DNA of 64,000 nt. Source: an uncultured Gammaproteobacteria bacterium. GTDB taxonomy: Bacteria > Pseudomonadota > Gammaproteobacteria > SG8-11. The position numbers and the translations under genes were made by a program. Shown in pieces: positions 47,008-57,498 of the stretch (its first letter is position 1; each line of letters starts with the position of its first letter). The notes beneath the pieces were generated by a model. That model saw only the letters and a program-made list of their open reading frames with translations, searched no databases and had not been told where the DNA came from. Location of the stretch: contig CAZHHW010000001.1 in assembly GCA_964532385.1 (NCBI GenBank), positions 27,268 through 91,267 of the forward strand, given 5' to 3'.

Positions 47008-48610
47008 CGTCCCACCCGCGTCAGCCGGGCGGCGGCGACTGCCGTACGTCCTCACGCTTCTGCTGTGCCTCAACAGTTTGGATGCGGGCGCCGCGCAATC
47101 CAATGAACAGACCCTGTACCAGGAAGCGCATGCGGCCTACCGCGCGCGCGCCATTGCGGCCGGGCGCGCACGTAACGAGAAAGTCGTCGCCGATAATTTT
47201 TTCGAAGCTGGAAATCCGGAACAAGCCGCGAAGTTATACCTGCATGCGCTTGCGGTTGCGCCCGACGCGTTTTATTACGACGAAAAAAAACAGATCGCCA
47301 CACGGCTGGCCAGTGCGAACCATAAACCTGAAGCCATTGAAATTCTGGAAGAGTTGCTGACGGAACGCAGTAACGATGAGAAGGCCAAAGCCGAGATCAC
47401 GAAGTTAATAATCACGCTGCGGCCGCGTACAATTTCGATTGCGGAAGCCGATGCGGTTTTGAAGCAGGACAGCCGCAACAAGTACGCACTCTTGACCAAA
47501 GCCGATGCACTGCGGAAACGGAAAAAATTCAGCGATTCCCTGCTTTTGTATCGCCGCATTCTTGAGCAGGGCAATGACTTCGATGCGCGTCTGGGCTTGA
47601 TCTACAGTTTGCTTGCCATCGGCGCGAAGGCCGACGCGAAGCAGGAATTCAAGCTCCTGCGCGGCGAGGAAGGCGGCGCGCAGGAAGAACAGTACTACGA
47701 GCTCGCCAGCGTTCTGAATGCCAGTACGCGGCCCAGTGTCGACCTGCTGCAAAATTATTACTCCGATTCGGATAAAAATCGCACGGTTGAACACGGTGCG
47801 ATTATCCGGATGGTCTTCGGGAATCTGGATTGGATTGCCGATGTTCGCGAGAAAACCGCCGAAGCACCGGACACTGCGCCTGCATCTGCAAAAACTTATT
47901 CGCTGGGCATCGTCACCAACATCACCGGCCGCTATAAAGTGACGGGCATTTATGGGCGTGCCGACTTGCGGGGTGACAAGCGCGTATTTGTCAACACAGG
48001 CCAGTTTAAAGTCGATGTCAATACCGGCTCCGGTATCTTGAGCGCTAATCTTACCCGGGATGCGCTTAACGCGACCACAGCATCGATTAACAGTGCGATT
48101 CAGGTTTCCAGTAAGGCGCTCGAATTAGCGCAGCCGCTTACGGAACGGTTCAGAACCAATCTGTTTTATGCCTATAAGAATTACTCCGACGGAAATGCCG
48201 CGAATGATTTTCGCGCCTCGGCCAACTATGTGCTTTATCAAGGCGTGCCGCTGATCACCGTGGGGTATGGATATCACCGCATGAACTACAAAAATCCGCC
48301 GGGTCTTGGGCCAAGTTACACTTACTCGGCTCTGCAAAATTTTAGCTCTCATCAAACCATGGTCACGGCGTACTACGAGAGCCGATACTTTTACCTCAAT
48401 CTGGATGTCGAGTTCGGACGTGAAGCCTACGAAAAAAACCAATCTTCGCTGAAAGATACATTTCATTATTACGTGGGCAGCATTGGTTACAAGGCGACGC
48501 CTAAATTGACCTTTGAACTCAATACCGAAATCAGCAAGGCTGCAACGGCTGAAGTGGCGGATATCTTTAAAGAGTCCGTGACCGGTGCACGGCTCTCGTA
48601 TTTATTCTGA
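46967..48610 (+). CDS. Outer-membrane TPR + beta-barrel protein (PgaA/BcsC-like exporter but only ~547 aa)
   Basis: The signal-like 'RRRLPYVLTLLLCLNSLDAGAAQ' is followed by TPR-like helices. The C-terminal half has alternating-hydrophobic beta strands ending in 'RLSYLF', a terminal Phe typical of OMPs. The start codon is uncertain. Confidence 0.5.
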   Translation: MCCVSFIDPLILNNVPPASAGRRRLPYVLTLLLCLNSLDAGAAQSNEQTLYQEAHAAYRARAIAAGRARNEKVVADNFFEAGNPEQAAKLYLHALAVAPDAFYYDEKKQIATRLASANHKPEAIEILEELLTERSNDEKAKAEITKLIITLRPRTISIAEADAVLKQDSRNKYALLTKADALRKRKKFSDSLLLYRRILEQGNDFDARLGLIYSLLAIGAKADAKQEFKLLRGEEGGAQEEQYYELASVLNASTRPSVDLLQNYYSDSDKNRTVEHGAIIRMVFGNLDWIADVREKTAEAPDTAPASAKTYSLGIVTNITGRYKVTGIYGRADLRGDKRVFVNTGQFKVDVNTGSGILSANLTRDALNATTASINSAIQVSSKALELAQPLTERFRTNLFYAYKNYSDGNAANDFRASANYVLYQGVPLITVGYGYHRMNYKNPPGLGPSYTYSALQNFSSHQTMVTAYYESRYFYLNLDVEFGREAYEKNQSSLKDTFHYYVGSIGYKATPKLTFELNTEISKAATAEVADIFKESVTGARLSYLF

Positions 48611-48620
48611 AGTTCAGAAA

Positions 48621-49643
48621 CTATGGCGCCGCATCCGGCGGCAAACGCGGCGGTGCGATTTTCGGCAGGGCGCCGGTCAGGCTGTGCAGAAACGCGACCA
48701 GATCGGCGACTTGTTGTTCCGACAGGTCTTTCTTCAATTGCACTTTGGCCATGATGCGCACCGCGTCTTCGAGCGTGGCGGCCGAGCCGTTGTGAAAATA
48801 CGGCGCGGTCAGCGCGATGTTGCGCAGCGGCGGCACGCGCCACAGACGCTGATGTGCCGGGTCGTGATCAAATTCGAATACTCCCAGGTCGTCGGCGATG
48901 CGATGCGAGGCGTCGTAGCTGCTGCCCGTGTGATTGGGAAATAGTTCGTAAAATCCATCGCCCATGTGCAGGGCCGGGCCGGGGGCCGGGCCCGCGAAGT
49001 TCACGCCGAAGTGGCAGGACAAACATTCCACCGTGCGAAATTCTTCTTTGCCGCGCAGTTCTTGCGCGTTCAAGGCTTTTTTGTCGCCGCGCATATAACG
49101 GTCGAAACGGCTGTTAGGGGTGACCAGACTGCGTTCGAAGCTGGCGATCGCTTGCGCGGCATTGCTGGCGGTGATGTTGCTTGCGAACACGGCTTTAAAT
49201 TCGGCGACGTAACCTGGAATCGAGCGCAAGCGCGTGATTAATTCGCCAATGTCCTCATAGCCGGTGATCTGCGCGTCGGCGCCGTGTTGCAGGAACTGCT
49301 CTTCCAGGCTTTTTGCGCGCCCGTCCCAAAACAACACGGTTTGAAATCCGATATTCCATAACGCCGGCGCATTCCGGCGGGTCGGTTGCCCGTTGACACC
49401 GGGAGAAAGCGCAAGCCGGTCGGCCCCACCGGTTTTGACATTATGGCAAGTATTGCAGCTGTGCGTGTTTTGCCGCGACAGGCGCGCATCGAAAAAGAGT
49501 TTTTTGCCCAATGCGATTTTGGCTTTGGTCAAGGGATTGTCTTTTGGGACCGGAACCTGCCTGGGCAGCGGTTGAAAATAATCGAAGGCGTGTGTGGTCA
49601 ACGGGAACCAGGGCAGGGTGATCAAAAGCAGGCGTATGAACAT
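48621..49643 (-). CDS. ccp: Di-haem cytochrome c peroxidase (CCP/MauG family)
   Basis: Two CXXCH motifs ('CNTCH', 'CLSCH'). A signal peptide is present and the protein is 340 aa. Confidence 0.85.
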   Translation of the reverse strand: MFIRLLLITLPWFPLTTHAFDYFQPLPRQVPVPKDNPLTKAKIALGKKLFFDARLSRQNTHSCNTCHNVKTGGADRLALSPGVNGQPTRRNAPALWNIGFQTVLFWDGRAKSLEEQFLQHGADAQITGYEDIGELITRLRSIPGYVAEFKAVFASNITASNAAQAIASFERSLVTPNSRFDRYMRGDKKALNAQELRGKEEFRTVECLSCHFGVNFAGPAPGPALHMGDGFYELFPNHTGSSYDASHRIADDLGVFEFDHDPAHQRLWRVPPLRNIALTAPYFHNGSAATLEDAVRIMAKVQLKKDLSEQQVADLVAFLHSLTGALPKIAPPRLPPDAAP

Positions 49644-49783
49644 GGCGCGAACTGCATTTCCTTGAATGGGGTGTCAACTTTCCGGCTGTCCCGGCGGAAT
49701 AAGGCTTGTCAAAGCGTCGCCACCGTCTACAAACAGCGAACGTAAGCATCCGATTTTAAAGACTTAATCAATAATCCGTCCAC

Positions 49784-49799
49784 TGGCATATGAATTGCT
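49784..49799 (+). promoter_or_regulatory. Sigma54-type promoter TGGCAT-N5-TTGCT upstream of fliL
   Basis: The GG and GC elements have the consensus 12-nt register. It lies ~50 nt upstream of the fliL ATG. Confidence 0.5.
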
Positions 49800-49847
49800 C
49801 TTTGCATTCGCAGAGTATTACACGTTCTTCTTCAGAGGCGCACCACG

Positions 49848-50480
49848 ATGGCAAAGCCAGCAGCAAAAGAAAGTAAAGACAAAGGCGAAGAAAAAGAAGA
49901 CGTCGAAGTCGAAGAAGGCGACGAAAAACCACGCAAGAAAAAGCCCTGGCTCATGATCGGTGTGATTGCGGTGTCGTCGATTCTGGTGTTGTCGGCGGGA
50001 ATCGGCGGCGCACTCTATTTTACCGGCGGCAAACATAAATCGGCGGAGACTTCCGCGAAAGCGAAAGGCGGCAAAGCGGCCAAGGCCGACGCCGATGCCG
50101 AAGAAAATGCCGATGCGCCCGACGCGGCGGAAGCGGACAGCGAAAAAAGCGACAAGCCTGCGCCGGCCAACTACGTCTCTTTAGAACCGCCCTTTGTTGT
50201 CAATTTCGAGGGCAATAGCTCCGCGCGGTTTTTACAGATCAGCGTCGAAGTCATGTCGCGCAACGCGGAATATATCGACCACATCAAAAAGCACATGCCT
50301 GTGATTCGCAATAATCTGGTGCTGTTGTTTGGCAGCCAGACCTACGACAAGGTCAACACCCTCAAAGGCAAGGAAGACCTGCGTCAAAGAGCGCTGACCG
50401 AGGTGCAAAAAATTCTCGAAGAGGAAACCGGCGATGCCGGTGTGGAAGCGTTGTACTTCACCAGTTTTGTAATGCAATAA
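49848..50480 (+). CDS. fliL: Flagellar basal-body-associated protein FliL
   Basis: Charged N-terminus, single TM helix, and position before fliM. Confidence 0.8.
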   Translation: MAKPAAKESKDKGEEKEDVEVEEGDEKPRKKKPWLMIGVIAVSSILVLSAGIGGALYFTGGKHKSAETSAKAKGGKAAKADADAEENADAPDAAEADSEKSDKPAPANYVSLEPPFVVNFEGNSSARFLQISVEVMSRNAEYIDHIKKHMPVIRNNLVLLFGSQTYDKVNTLKGKEDLRQRALTEVQKILEEETGDAGVEALYFTSFVMQ

Positions 50481-50489
50481 GGCGCCGAC

Positions 50490-51491
50490 ATGTCTGTCTC
50501 CGACTTACTTTCACAGGATGAAATCGACGCCCTGCTGCACGGGGTCTCCAGCGGCGATGTCGATACCGATGCCGCGGCGGATGACGGCCCTGACGGCATC
50601 CGCGGCTATGACTTCACCAGCCAGGACCGCATCGTGCGCGGGCGTATGCCCACGCTGGAAATGGTCAACGAACGCTTTGCGCGTTATTTCCGTATCAGCT
50701 TGTTCAACATGCTGCGGCGCACGCCGGAAATCGCCGTGGGCGGTGTGCAGATGCTCAAATTCGCCGAATACGTGCACAGCCTGTTTGTGCCCACCAGCCT
50801 GAACATGGTGCGGGTGTTGCCATTACGCGGCACCGCGTTGCTGGTGTTCGACCCCAAGCTGGTGTTCATCGTGGTGGATAATTTTTTCGGCGGCGACGGA
50901 CGCTTTCACGCCAAGATCGAAGGCCGCGAGTTCACGCCGACCGAGCTGCGCGTCATCAATATGCTGATGCTGCAGTGCTTCAAGGACATGAAAGAAGCCT
51001 GGACGCCGGTGATGAACGTGGATTTTGAATACATCAACTCCGAAGTGAATCCGCATTTTGCCAACATCGTCAGCCCCACCGAAGTGGTGGTGGTGAGTAC
51101 CTTCCACATCGAGCTGGAAGGCGGCAGCGGCGACCTGCACGTGACCATGCCGTATTCCATGCTCGAGCCGATTCGCGATGTGCTCGACGCCGGGGTGCAA
51201 AGCGATCGTTCGGAGCGCGACGAACGCTGGATCGTCGCGCTGCGCGAGGAAATGCAATCCGCCAAAATCGAGCTGAGCGTCAGTCTGGGAACCGCCGAAT
51301 TGCCGCTGCGCGACATGCTGACCTTGAAGGCGGGCGACATTATTCCATTTGAATTGCCGCCGCTGGTCACCGTGCGCGCGGAAGATGTGCCGGTGTTTCG
51401 CGGCGTATACGGCATAGCCAACGGCAATGCCGCGGTGCAAACGGTGGAGATGATTACCAACCACCAGAAACGCAGTTTGGTAGTGGTCTAG
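50490..51491 (+). CDS. fliM: Flagellar motor switch protein FliM
   Basis: 'LSQDEIDALL' N-terminus, length 333 aa. Confidence 0.9.
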   Translation: MSVSDLLSQDEIDALLHGVSSGDVDTDAAADDGPDGIRGYDFTSQDRIVRGRMPTLEMVNERFARYFRISLFNMLRRTPEIAVGGVQMLKFAEYVHSLFVPTSLNMVRVLPLRGTALLVFDPKLVFIVVDNFFGGDGRFHAKIEGREFTPTELRVINMLMLQCFKDMKEAWTPVMNVDFEYINSEVNPHFANIVSPTEVVVVSTFHIELEGGSGDLHVTMPYSMLEPIRDVLDAGVQSDRSERDERWIVALREEMQSAKIELSVSLGTAELPLRDMLTLKAGDIIPFELPPLVTVRAEDVPVFRGVYGIANGNAAVQTVEMITNHQKRSLVVV

Positions 51492-51507
51492 TGACAGGAG
51501 TAATGCA

Positions 51508-51915
51508 ATGAACGACACACCGACACAAACGGGCGAAGCGGCGGCCGGCGACGATTGGGCCGCGGCCTTACAGGAACAGGCGGATGTTGAGTCGAACGTC
51601 GCCAAGGCGGAACTAAAAAATCTAGTTCCGAACGAACATGGACCGACCATGGAGGAGTCGAGTCTCGACGTCATTCTGGATATTCCCGTCACCATCTCGA
51701 TGGAGGTGGGGCGTACCCACATCAGCATCCGCAATTTGCTGCAACTAAATCAGGGATCGGTGGTCGAGCTGGACCGCCTCGCCGGCGAGCCGCTGGATGT
51801 CATGGTCAATGGAATGCTGGTGGCGCACGGCGAAGTGGTGGTGGTCAACGAAAAGTTCGGTATTCGCCTGACCGATGTCATCAGTCCCAGCGAACGTATC
51901 AAGAAACTTAAATGA
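51508..51915 (+). CDS. fliN: Flagellar motor switch protein FliN
   Basis: SpoA-like C-terminal '[14 protein letters not shown]'. Confidence 0.9.
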   Translation: MNDTPTQTGEAAAGDDWAAALQEQADVESNVAKAELKNLVPNEHGPTMEESSLDVILDIPVTISMEVGRTHISIRNLLQLNQGSVVELDRLAGEPLDVMVNGMLVAHGEVVVVNEKFGIRLTDVISPSERIKKLK

Positions 51916-52331
51916 CAACACGCGCGTATCTTGCTGTCCTCCTGGTTATGCCGCAGACGGTATTCGCCAAGCTGGGCGACGCGGCCCCCGAAGCCGTGAC
52001 GGCGGGCAGCATCGTGCAAATGATCGCAGGTCTGGCGATTGTGCTGGCGATACTCATCGGCGGCGCGCTGCTGGTGCGGCGCCTGGGAAAATTTCCGGCC
52101 GTGGCGGATTCGCCGCTAAAAGTAATTACGGGTTTGTCATTGAGTCCGCGCGACCGGCTGGTGGTGGTGCAGGTCGGCGACAAGCAACTGCTGCTGGGTC
52201 TGTCGCCCGGACGCATCCAGACCTTGCATGTTTTGGAAGAACCGCTGGACATGAGCAACACCTCCGCGACGGGTTTAAATGCGCTGACGCAACGGTTCAG
52301 CGCATTGCTGCAAAGCCAGATGAAAAAATGA
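51912..52331 (+). CDS. fliO: Flagellar biosynthesis protein FliO
   Basis: Small protein with a single TM helix, lying between fliN and fliP. Confidence 0.7.
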   Translation: MTTRAYLAVLLVMPQTVFAKLGDAAPEAVTAGSIVQMIAGLAIVLAILIGGALLVRRLGKFPAVADSPLKVITGLSLSPRDRLVVVQVGDKQLLLGLSPGRIQTLHVLEEPLDMSNTSATGLNALTQRFSALLQSQMKK

Positions 52332-53095
52332 TCATGAATCTGCCGCGCGGTAAGTCTCTTGCTCTCTGTCTATTAACATTCGTGGTCTTGCTATTCATGC
52401 CGCTGTGGGCGAATGCCGCCGACATCGGCATTCCCGCGTTCACTGTGACCAACAACGCGCAAGGGCAGCAGGTCTATTCATTAAGCATCCAAGTATTGAT
52501 TTTAATGACCGCGCTGTCGTTCCTGCCGGCGGCGTTGATCATGATGACATCGTTCACGCGCATCGTGATCGTGCTGGCGATTTTGCGCCAGGCGATGGGC
52601 TTGCCGCAGACGCCGCCGACCCAGGTGCTGGTGGGTCTCGCCTTGTTTCTGACGTTTTTCATTATGTCGCCGGTGTTCGAAGAGGCTTACCGCGACGGCG
52701 CGCAACCCTATCTAAACGACAAGATGCCCGCGCAGGAGGCGTTGGACAAAAGTCTCGTGCCGTTCAAGAAATTCATGCTCAATCAAACCCGCACACCGGA
52801 TATCGAGCTGTTCGCCAACATCGCGCGCCTCGATAACGTGGATGCCGATCATGTGCCGCTCACCATCTTGTTGCCCGCCTTCGTCACCAGCGAATTGAAG
52901 ACCGCGTTCCAGATGGGGTTCCTGCTGTTCATTCCGTTTCTGATTATCGATTTGGTGGTGGCCAGCATCCTGATGGCGATGGGCATGATGATGTTGTCGC
53001 CGATGATTATTTCGCTGCCGTTCAAAATCATGCTGTTCGTGTTAATCGACGGCTGGTCCCTGATCATGGGGACGCTGGCGGCGAGTTTTTTTTAG
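52328..53095 (+). CDS. fliP: Flagellar export apparatus protein FliP
   Basis: Signal peptide followed by a conserved FliP core. The start 'MIMNLPRG' overlaps the fliO stop. Confidence 0.9.
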   Translation: MIMNLPRGKSLALCLLTFVVLLFMPLWANAADIGIPAFTVTNNAQGQQVYSLSIQVLILMTALSFLPAALIMMTSFTRIVIVLAILRQAMGLPQTPPTQVLVGLALFLTFFIMSPVFEEAYRDGAQPYLNDKMPAQEALDKSLVPFKKFMLNQTRTPDIELFANIARLDNVDADHVPLTILLPAFVTSELKTAFQMGFLLFIPFLIIDLVVASILMAMGMMMLSPMIISLPFKIMLFVLIDGWSLIMGTLAASFF

Positions 53096-53113
53096 TGTCG
53101 AGACGAGGTCGAT

Positions 53114-53383
53114 ATGACGCCTGAATCCGTAATGACCATCGGCAAGGAAGCCATCGAAGTTTCCATTTTGTTGCTCGCGGTGATCCTGCTGCCGGTGCTG
53201 GGCATCGGTTTGCTCGTCAGCATGTTTCAGGCGGCGACGCAGATTAATGAAATGACGTTGAGCTTCGTACCCAAACTGGTGGTGATGTTTGTGACAATCC
53301 TGTTTGCAGGCGGCTGGATGCTGGGAATCCTGATGGATTACACCAGCCGGTTGATTGAAAGCATTCCCACGATGATCGGATGA
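53114..53383 (+). CDS. fliQ: Flagellar export apparatus protein FliQ
   Basis: 89 aa with two TM helices. Confidence 0.9.
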   Translation: MTPESVMTIGKEAIEVSILLLAVILLPVLGIGLLVSMFQAATQINEMTLSFVPKLVVMFVTILFAGGWMLGILMDYTSRLIESIPTMIG

Positions 53384-53391
53384 AGACTTAG

Positions 53392-54171
53392 ATGAATTTC
53401 ACCGCGACACAAATCAATGCATGGGTGAGCGGCTATATGTGGCCGCTGTTCCGCATTGCCGCGATTGTCGCAACCGCGCCGGTACTGGGTGCCCGATATG
53501 TTCCAGGTCGCGTCAAAATATATATCGCCCTGGCGCTGACTCTTATCATCGCGCCGAACGTTCCGGAAGTGCCCGCTGTTGACCCGATCAGTCTGCCCGC
53601 GCTGGCCATCATCGCCCAGCAGCTCGTCATCGGTGCCGCCACCGGCTTGCTGATGGCCATGGTGTTCAGCGCATTCGTGATCGGCGGTGAAATCATCGCC
53701 ACCAAAATCGGTTTGGGATTTGCTTCCGTGGTCGACCCGCAGATGGGTGTGCAGACGCCGGTCATCAGTCAGTTTTACGTGGTGTTGCTGTCGCTGGTGT
53801 TCGTGTCGCTGAATGGCCATCTGGTGATCATCCGTGAACTCGCCGACAGCTTTACGACCATGCCGATCTCCATACAGGGCATCGATCGTGAGGTTTTCTG
53901 GAATCTTGCGTCCTGGGCGGATCAGATGTTCAAAAGCGCGGTGCTGATGGCGCTGCCCGCCATCACGACCTTGCTTATCGTGAACGTCGCGCTGGGTATC
54001 ATCATGCGCGCCGCGCCGCAGTTCAATATTCTAAGCGTCGGATTTCCCGTCACGCTGATGGTCGGTTTTGTGGTGATGTTGGTGACGCTGCCGGTGGTCG
54101 TGCCGCAATTCGTGCAGGCGCTTGAAACCGGCATCGAAGGCGTGCGCCAGATTCTCAACGGGACGTTTTGA
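53392..54171 (+). CDS. fliR: Flagellar export apparatus protein FliR
   Basis: 259 aa polytopic protein. Confidence 0.85.
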   Translation: MNFTATQINAWVSGYMWPLFRIAAIVATAPVLGARYVPGRVKIYIALALTLIIAPNVPEVPAVDPISLPALAIIAQQLVIGAATGLLMAMVFSAFVIGGEIIATKIGLGFASVVDPQMGVQTPVISQFYVVLLSLVFVSLNGHLVIIRELADSFTTMPISIQGIDREVFWNLASWADQMFKSAVLMALPAITTLLIVNVALGIIMRAAPQFNILSVGFPVTLMVGFVVMLVTLPVVVPQFVQALETGIEGVRQILNGTF

Positions 54172-55307
54172 CCATGGCCGCGAACGAAGGTCAGGAACGC
54201 ACTGAACAGGCGACTCCCAAGCGCCGCGAAGATGCCCGTAAAAAAGGCCAGGTGCCACGTTCTAAGGAATTAAATGCCACCATGATGCTGGTGGGCGCCG
54301 CCGCGATGATGTTGATGTTCGGCGGTCAATTCATGGGTTCGTTGGCGGAACTGTTACGCACCGGCTTTACCTTGACGCGTGCGCAAATCTTCGACCCCGG
54401 CGCCATGACGCATGCACTGCGCAGTTTATTTCAAGACGGATTTTATGCCGCATTGCCCTTGCTGGCGGTTACGGTGGTGATCGCGCTGGCGGCGCCGATG
54501 TTGCTCAGCGGCTGGACCTTCAGCGCCGAGCAAATCTCGATGAAGTTCAGCCGGCTTAATCCCATCACCGGCTTCGCACGCATGTTCTCCTGGCGCGGTT
54601 TACTGGAATTATTCAAAGCGCTGATTAAATTCGCGTTCATTCTCACCGTCGCGGTGATTGTGTTATGGAACGAGGTCGACAGCGTGCTGGGCCTGGGCAG
54701 CGAGTCTTTACATAGCGCCGCCAGCCATGCCGCGCATCTCGCCGCGTGGACGTTCCTGCTGTTGAGCTGCGCGCTGGTAGTGTTGCCTCTGATTGATGTG
54801 CCGTTCCAGCTCTGGGACCACACCCGTCAGTTGCGCATGACCCATCAGGAAATACGCGACGAAAATAAATTGTCCGAAGGCAGTCCCGAAGTGAAAGCGC
54901 GAATTCGCCAATTGCAGCGCGATGTCGCGCGCCGCCGCATGATGAAGGCGGTGCCGCAAGCCGACGTTATTGTCACGAACCCCACCCATTATTCGGTCGC
55001 GCTACGTTACGACCAGGGCAAGGCGCGTGCGCCGGTGGTGGTGGCCAAGGGTATGGATTTGATCGCGCTGCACATCCGCAGCGTGGCCGCCGAACACCGG
55101 GTGCCGGTGATCGAAGCGCCGCCGCTGGCACGCGCCCTTTACTACAGTACCAAGCTTGACAAGGAAATACCGATGGGACTTTACCTGGCGGTCGCGAAAT
55201 TGCTGGCCTATGTCTACCAGTTGAAACACCGCGAGCCCGGGCAGGACGAGACCGCATCGCAGATTCCGGATTTTCCGATTCCGGAACAGTTCGTGAAGGA
55301 TGTGTAA
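54168..55307 (+). CDS. flhB: Flagellar export switch protein FlhB
   Basis: The 'NPTH' autocleavage site is present in 'VIVTNPTHYSVAL'. Confidence 0.9.
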   Translation: MTMAANEGQERTEQATPKRREDARKKGQVPRSKELNATMMLVGAAAMMLMFGGQFMGSLAELLRTGFTLTRAQIFDPGAMTHALRSLFQDGFYAALPLLAVTVVIALAAPMLLSGWTFSAEQISMKFSRLNPITGFARMFSWRGLLELFKALIKFAFILTVAVIVLWNEVDSVLGLGSESLHSAASHAAHLAAWTFLLLSCALVVLPLIDVPFQLWDHTRQLRMTHQEIRDENKLSEGSPEVKARIRQLQRDVARRRMMKAVPQADVIVTNPTHYSVALRYDQGKARAPVVVAKGMDLIALHIRSVAAEHRVPVIEAPPLARALYYSTKLDKEIPMGLYLAVAKLLAYVYQLKHREPGQDETASQIPDFPIPEQFVKDV

Positions 55308-55314
55308 TTAAAGT

Positions 55315-55363
55315 GGAGCGCGGCCGTCTCGGCCGCAACTGGCGGGCGGGACGCCCGCGCTCC
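55315..55363. repeat. 49-bp structured repeat, copy 1 (GGAGCGCGGCC...GGCCGCAA...GCGGGC...CGCCCGCGCTCC)
   Basis: Read directly. It contains nested inverted repeats and is near-identical to 57499..57547. Confidence 0.6.
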
Positions 55364-55389
55364 AAGAAAATTTGTAACCGAGGTAGGAC

Positions 55390-57477
55390 ATGAACGATCC
55401 GTTAGCAGTGCTCAAGCGTCTGGCGTCCAATGGGCTGGGCGTGCCATTGATGATGATGTTGATGTTGTCGATGATGGTGGTGCCGCTGCCGCCGTTGCTG
55501 CTGGATGTTTTGTTCACCTTCAATATTGCGCTCGCCTTGATCGTGCTGCTGGTCAGCATTTACGCGATCAAGCCGCTGAGTTTTTCCGTGTTCCCGGTGG
55601 TGCTGTTGTTGACAACCTTGTTGCGGCTGAGTCTCAACATCGCTTCGACGCGCGTGATTTTGCTCAATGGCCAGAACGGCACCGATGCGGCCGGCAAAGT
55701 GGTGCAGGCGTTCGGCGAGTTCGTCGTCGGCGGTAACTACGCGGTGGGTATCGTCGTGTTTGCGATTCTGGTCGTGATCAATTTCGTGGTCGTGACCAAG
55801 GGCGCCGGGCGTATCTCGGAAGTCACCGCGCGCTTCACCCTGGATTCGATGCCGGGTAAGCAGATGGCCATCGACGCGGATTTAAACGCGGGCCAGATTA
55901 CACACGAGCAAGCCAACGAGCGCCGCAAGGAAGTGGTGCGCGAAGCCGACTTTTACGGGTCGATGGACGGCGCCAGCAAGTTTGTGCGCGGCGATGCGGT
56001 CGCGGGTATTATCATTATGCTGGTGTGCGTGATCGGCGGCCTGGCCATCGGCGTGTTCCAGCACAATATGCCCATCGGGCAGGCGCTGCAGAACTACACC
56101 TTGCTGACGATCGGCGACGGTCTGGTGGCGCAAATCCCGGCGCTGGTGTTGTCGACCGCCGCGGGCATTATCGTGACGCGCGCCTCCACCTCCGAGGAGC
56201 TTGGCGACCAGATCATTACGCAGTTGTTCACCGATCCGCGCGCGCTGGGCACCACCGCCGCGGTCATCGGCATCATGGGTTTGATTCCCGGCATGCCCAA
56301 CCTCGCTTTTCTCACGCTGGCGGGTGTGGCCGGCGCGGGCGCTTATTATCAGGCGAAGAAAAAACACAGGGTGGTGGAAGCCCCTGCCGCCGAAGTGCTC
56401 GCGCCGCTGCAACTGCCCGAAAATAAAGATTTGAGCTGGGACGATGTGCAGCCGGTCGACTTGCTGGGCCTGGAAGTCGGGTACCGGCTGATTCCGCTGG
56501 TCGACAAAAATCAGGGTGGCCAGTTGATGGCGCGTATTAAAGGCGTGCGCAAGAAAAATTCTCAGGACCTGGGTTTTCTCGTGCCCGCGGTGCACATCCG
56601 TGACAATTTGGATTTGCCGCCCACCGCGTATCGCATCACGCTGATGGGCGTGATCGCCGGCGAGTCGGAAATTTTTCCGGAACGCGAAATGGCCATCAAT
56701 CCCGGGCAGGTGTTCGGGCAATTGCAGGGCGTCAAAACCAAGGACCCCGCGTTTGGACTGGACGCGGTGTGGATCGATCCCAATCAGCGCGAACATGCGC
56801 AAGGTCTGGGTTACACCGTGGTCGATGCCAGCACGGTGGTCGCCACTCATCTCAGTCAGATCGTGCAGGATCATGCCCACGAACTGCTGGGACGCGAAGA
56901 AGTGCAGCAATTGATCGACAAGCTGACCAAGCTGGCGCCCAAACTCGCCGAGGAACTTGTGCCCAAGGCCTTGCCGCTGGGTGTGGTGGTAAAAGTGTTT
57001 CAGAATCTGCTGGAAGAAAAGATCCCGCTGCGCGATGTGCGTTCGATCGCCGAAACCCTGGCGGATCATGCCCCGCGCAGTCAAGACCCGGGTGTTTTAA
57101 CCGCGGCCGTACGCGCGGCGCTGGGTCGTTCGATCGTGCAGCAGATTAATGGACTGGGTGCCGAGCTTGCGGTCATGACGTTGGAGCCGTCGCTCGAGCA
57201 ATTATTGCAGAAGTCGATTCAACCGGCGCAGTCGAGCGAAGAATGGTCCGGTTTCGAACCGGGGCTGGCGGAACGCTTGCATCGCGCGTTGCGTGCGCAA
57301 GCGCAACGCCAGGAAGTCGCGGGTCAACCCGCCGTGTTGCTGGTGCCGGCCGCATTGCGCACCTTGTTGGCGCGCTTTGTACGGCACACGATACCCGGGT
57401 TGCGGGTATTGTCATTTAATGAAGTTCCGGACGACAAGCAGATTAAAGTCATCGCCACCGTGGGTGGTGCCGCGTAG
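55390..57477 (+). CDS. flhA: Flagellar export apparatus protein FlhA
   Basis: 695 aa with the FHIPEP region. Confidence 0.95.
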   Translation: MNDPLAVLKRLASNGLGVPLMMMLMLSMMVVPLPPLLLDVLFTFNIALALIVLLVSIYAIKPLSFSVFPVVLLLTTLLRLSLNIASTRVILLNGQNGTDAAGKVVQAFGEFVVGGNYAVGIVVFAILVVINFVVVTKGAGRISEVTARFTLDSMPGKQMAIDADLNAGQITHEQANERRKEVVREADFYGSMDGASKFVRGDAVAGIIIMLVCVIGGLAIGVFQHNMPIGQALQNYTLLTIGDGLVAQIPALVLSTAAGIIVTRASTSEELGDQIITQLFTDPRALGTTAAVIGIMGLIPGMPNLAFLTLAGVAGAGAYYQAKKKHRVVEAPAAEVLAPLQLPENKDLSWDDVQPVDLLGLEVGYRLIPLVDKNQGGQLMARIKGVRKKNSQDLGFLVPAVHIRDNLDLPPTAYRITLMGVIAGESEIFPEREMAINPGQVFGQLQGVKTKDPAFGLDAVWIDPNQREHAQGLGYTVVDASTVVATHLSQIVQDHAHELLGREEVQQLIDKLTKLAPKLAEELVPKALPLGVVVKVFQNLLEEKIPLRDVRSIAETLADHAPRSQDPGVLTAAVRAALGRSIVQQINGLGAELAVMTLEPSLEQLLQKSIQPAQSSEEWSGFEPGLAERLHRALRAQAQRQEVAGQPAVLLVPAALRTLLARFVRHTIPGLRVLSFNEVPDDKQIKVIATVGGAA

Positions 57478-57498
57478 ATAGGAGAGGAGCGCGGCATA

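Noticed and set aside
50823-51734. 303-aa minus-strand ORF antisense to fliM/fliN
   Set aside because: It overlaps conserved flagellar genes and has no motifs. It is a spurious high-GC ORF.
55882-57084. 400-aa minus-strand ORF antisense to flhA
   Set aside because: Antisense to flhA. The composition is Arg/His/Gln-rich and junk-like.
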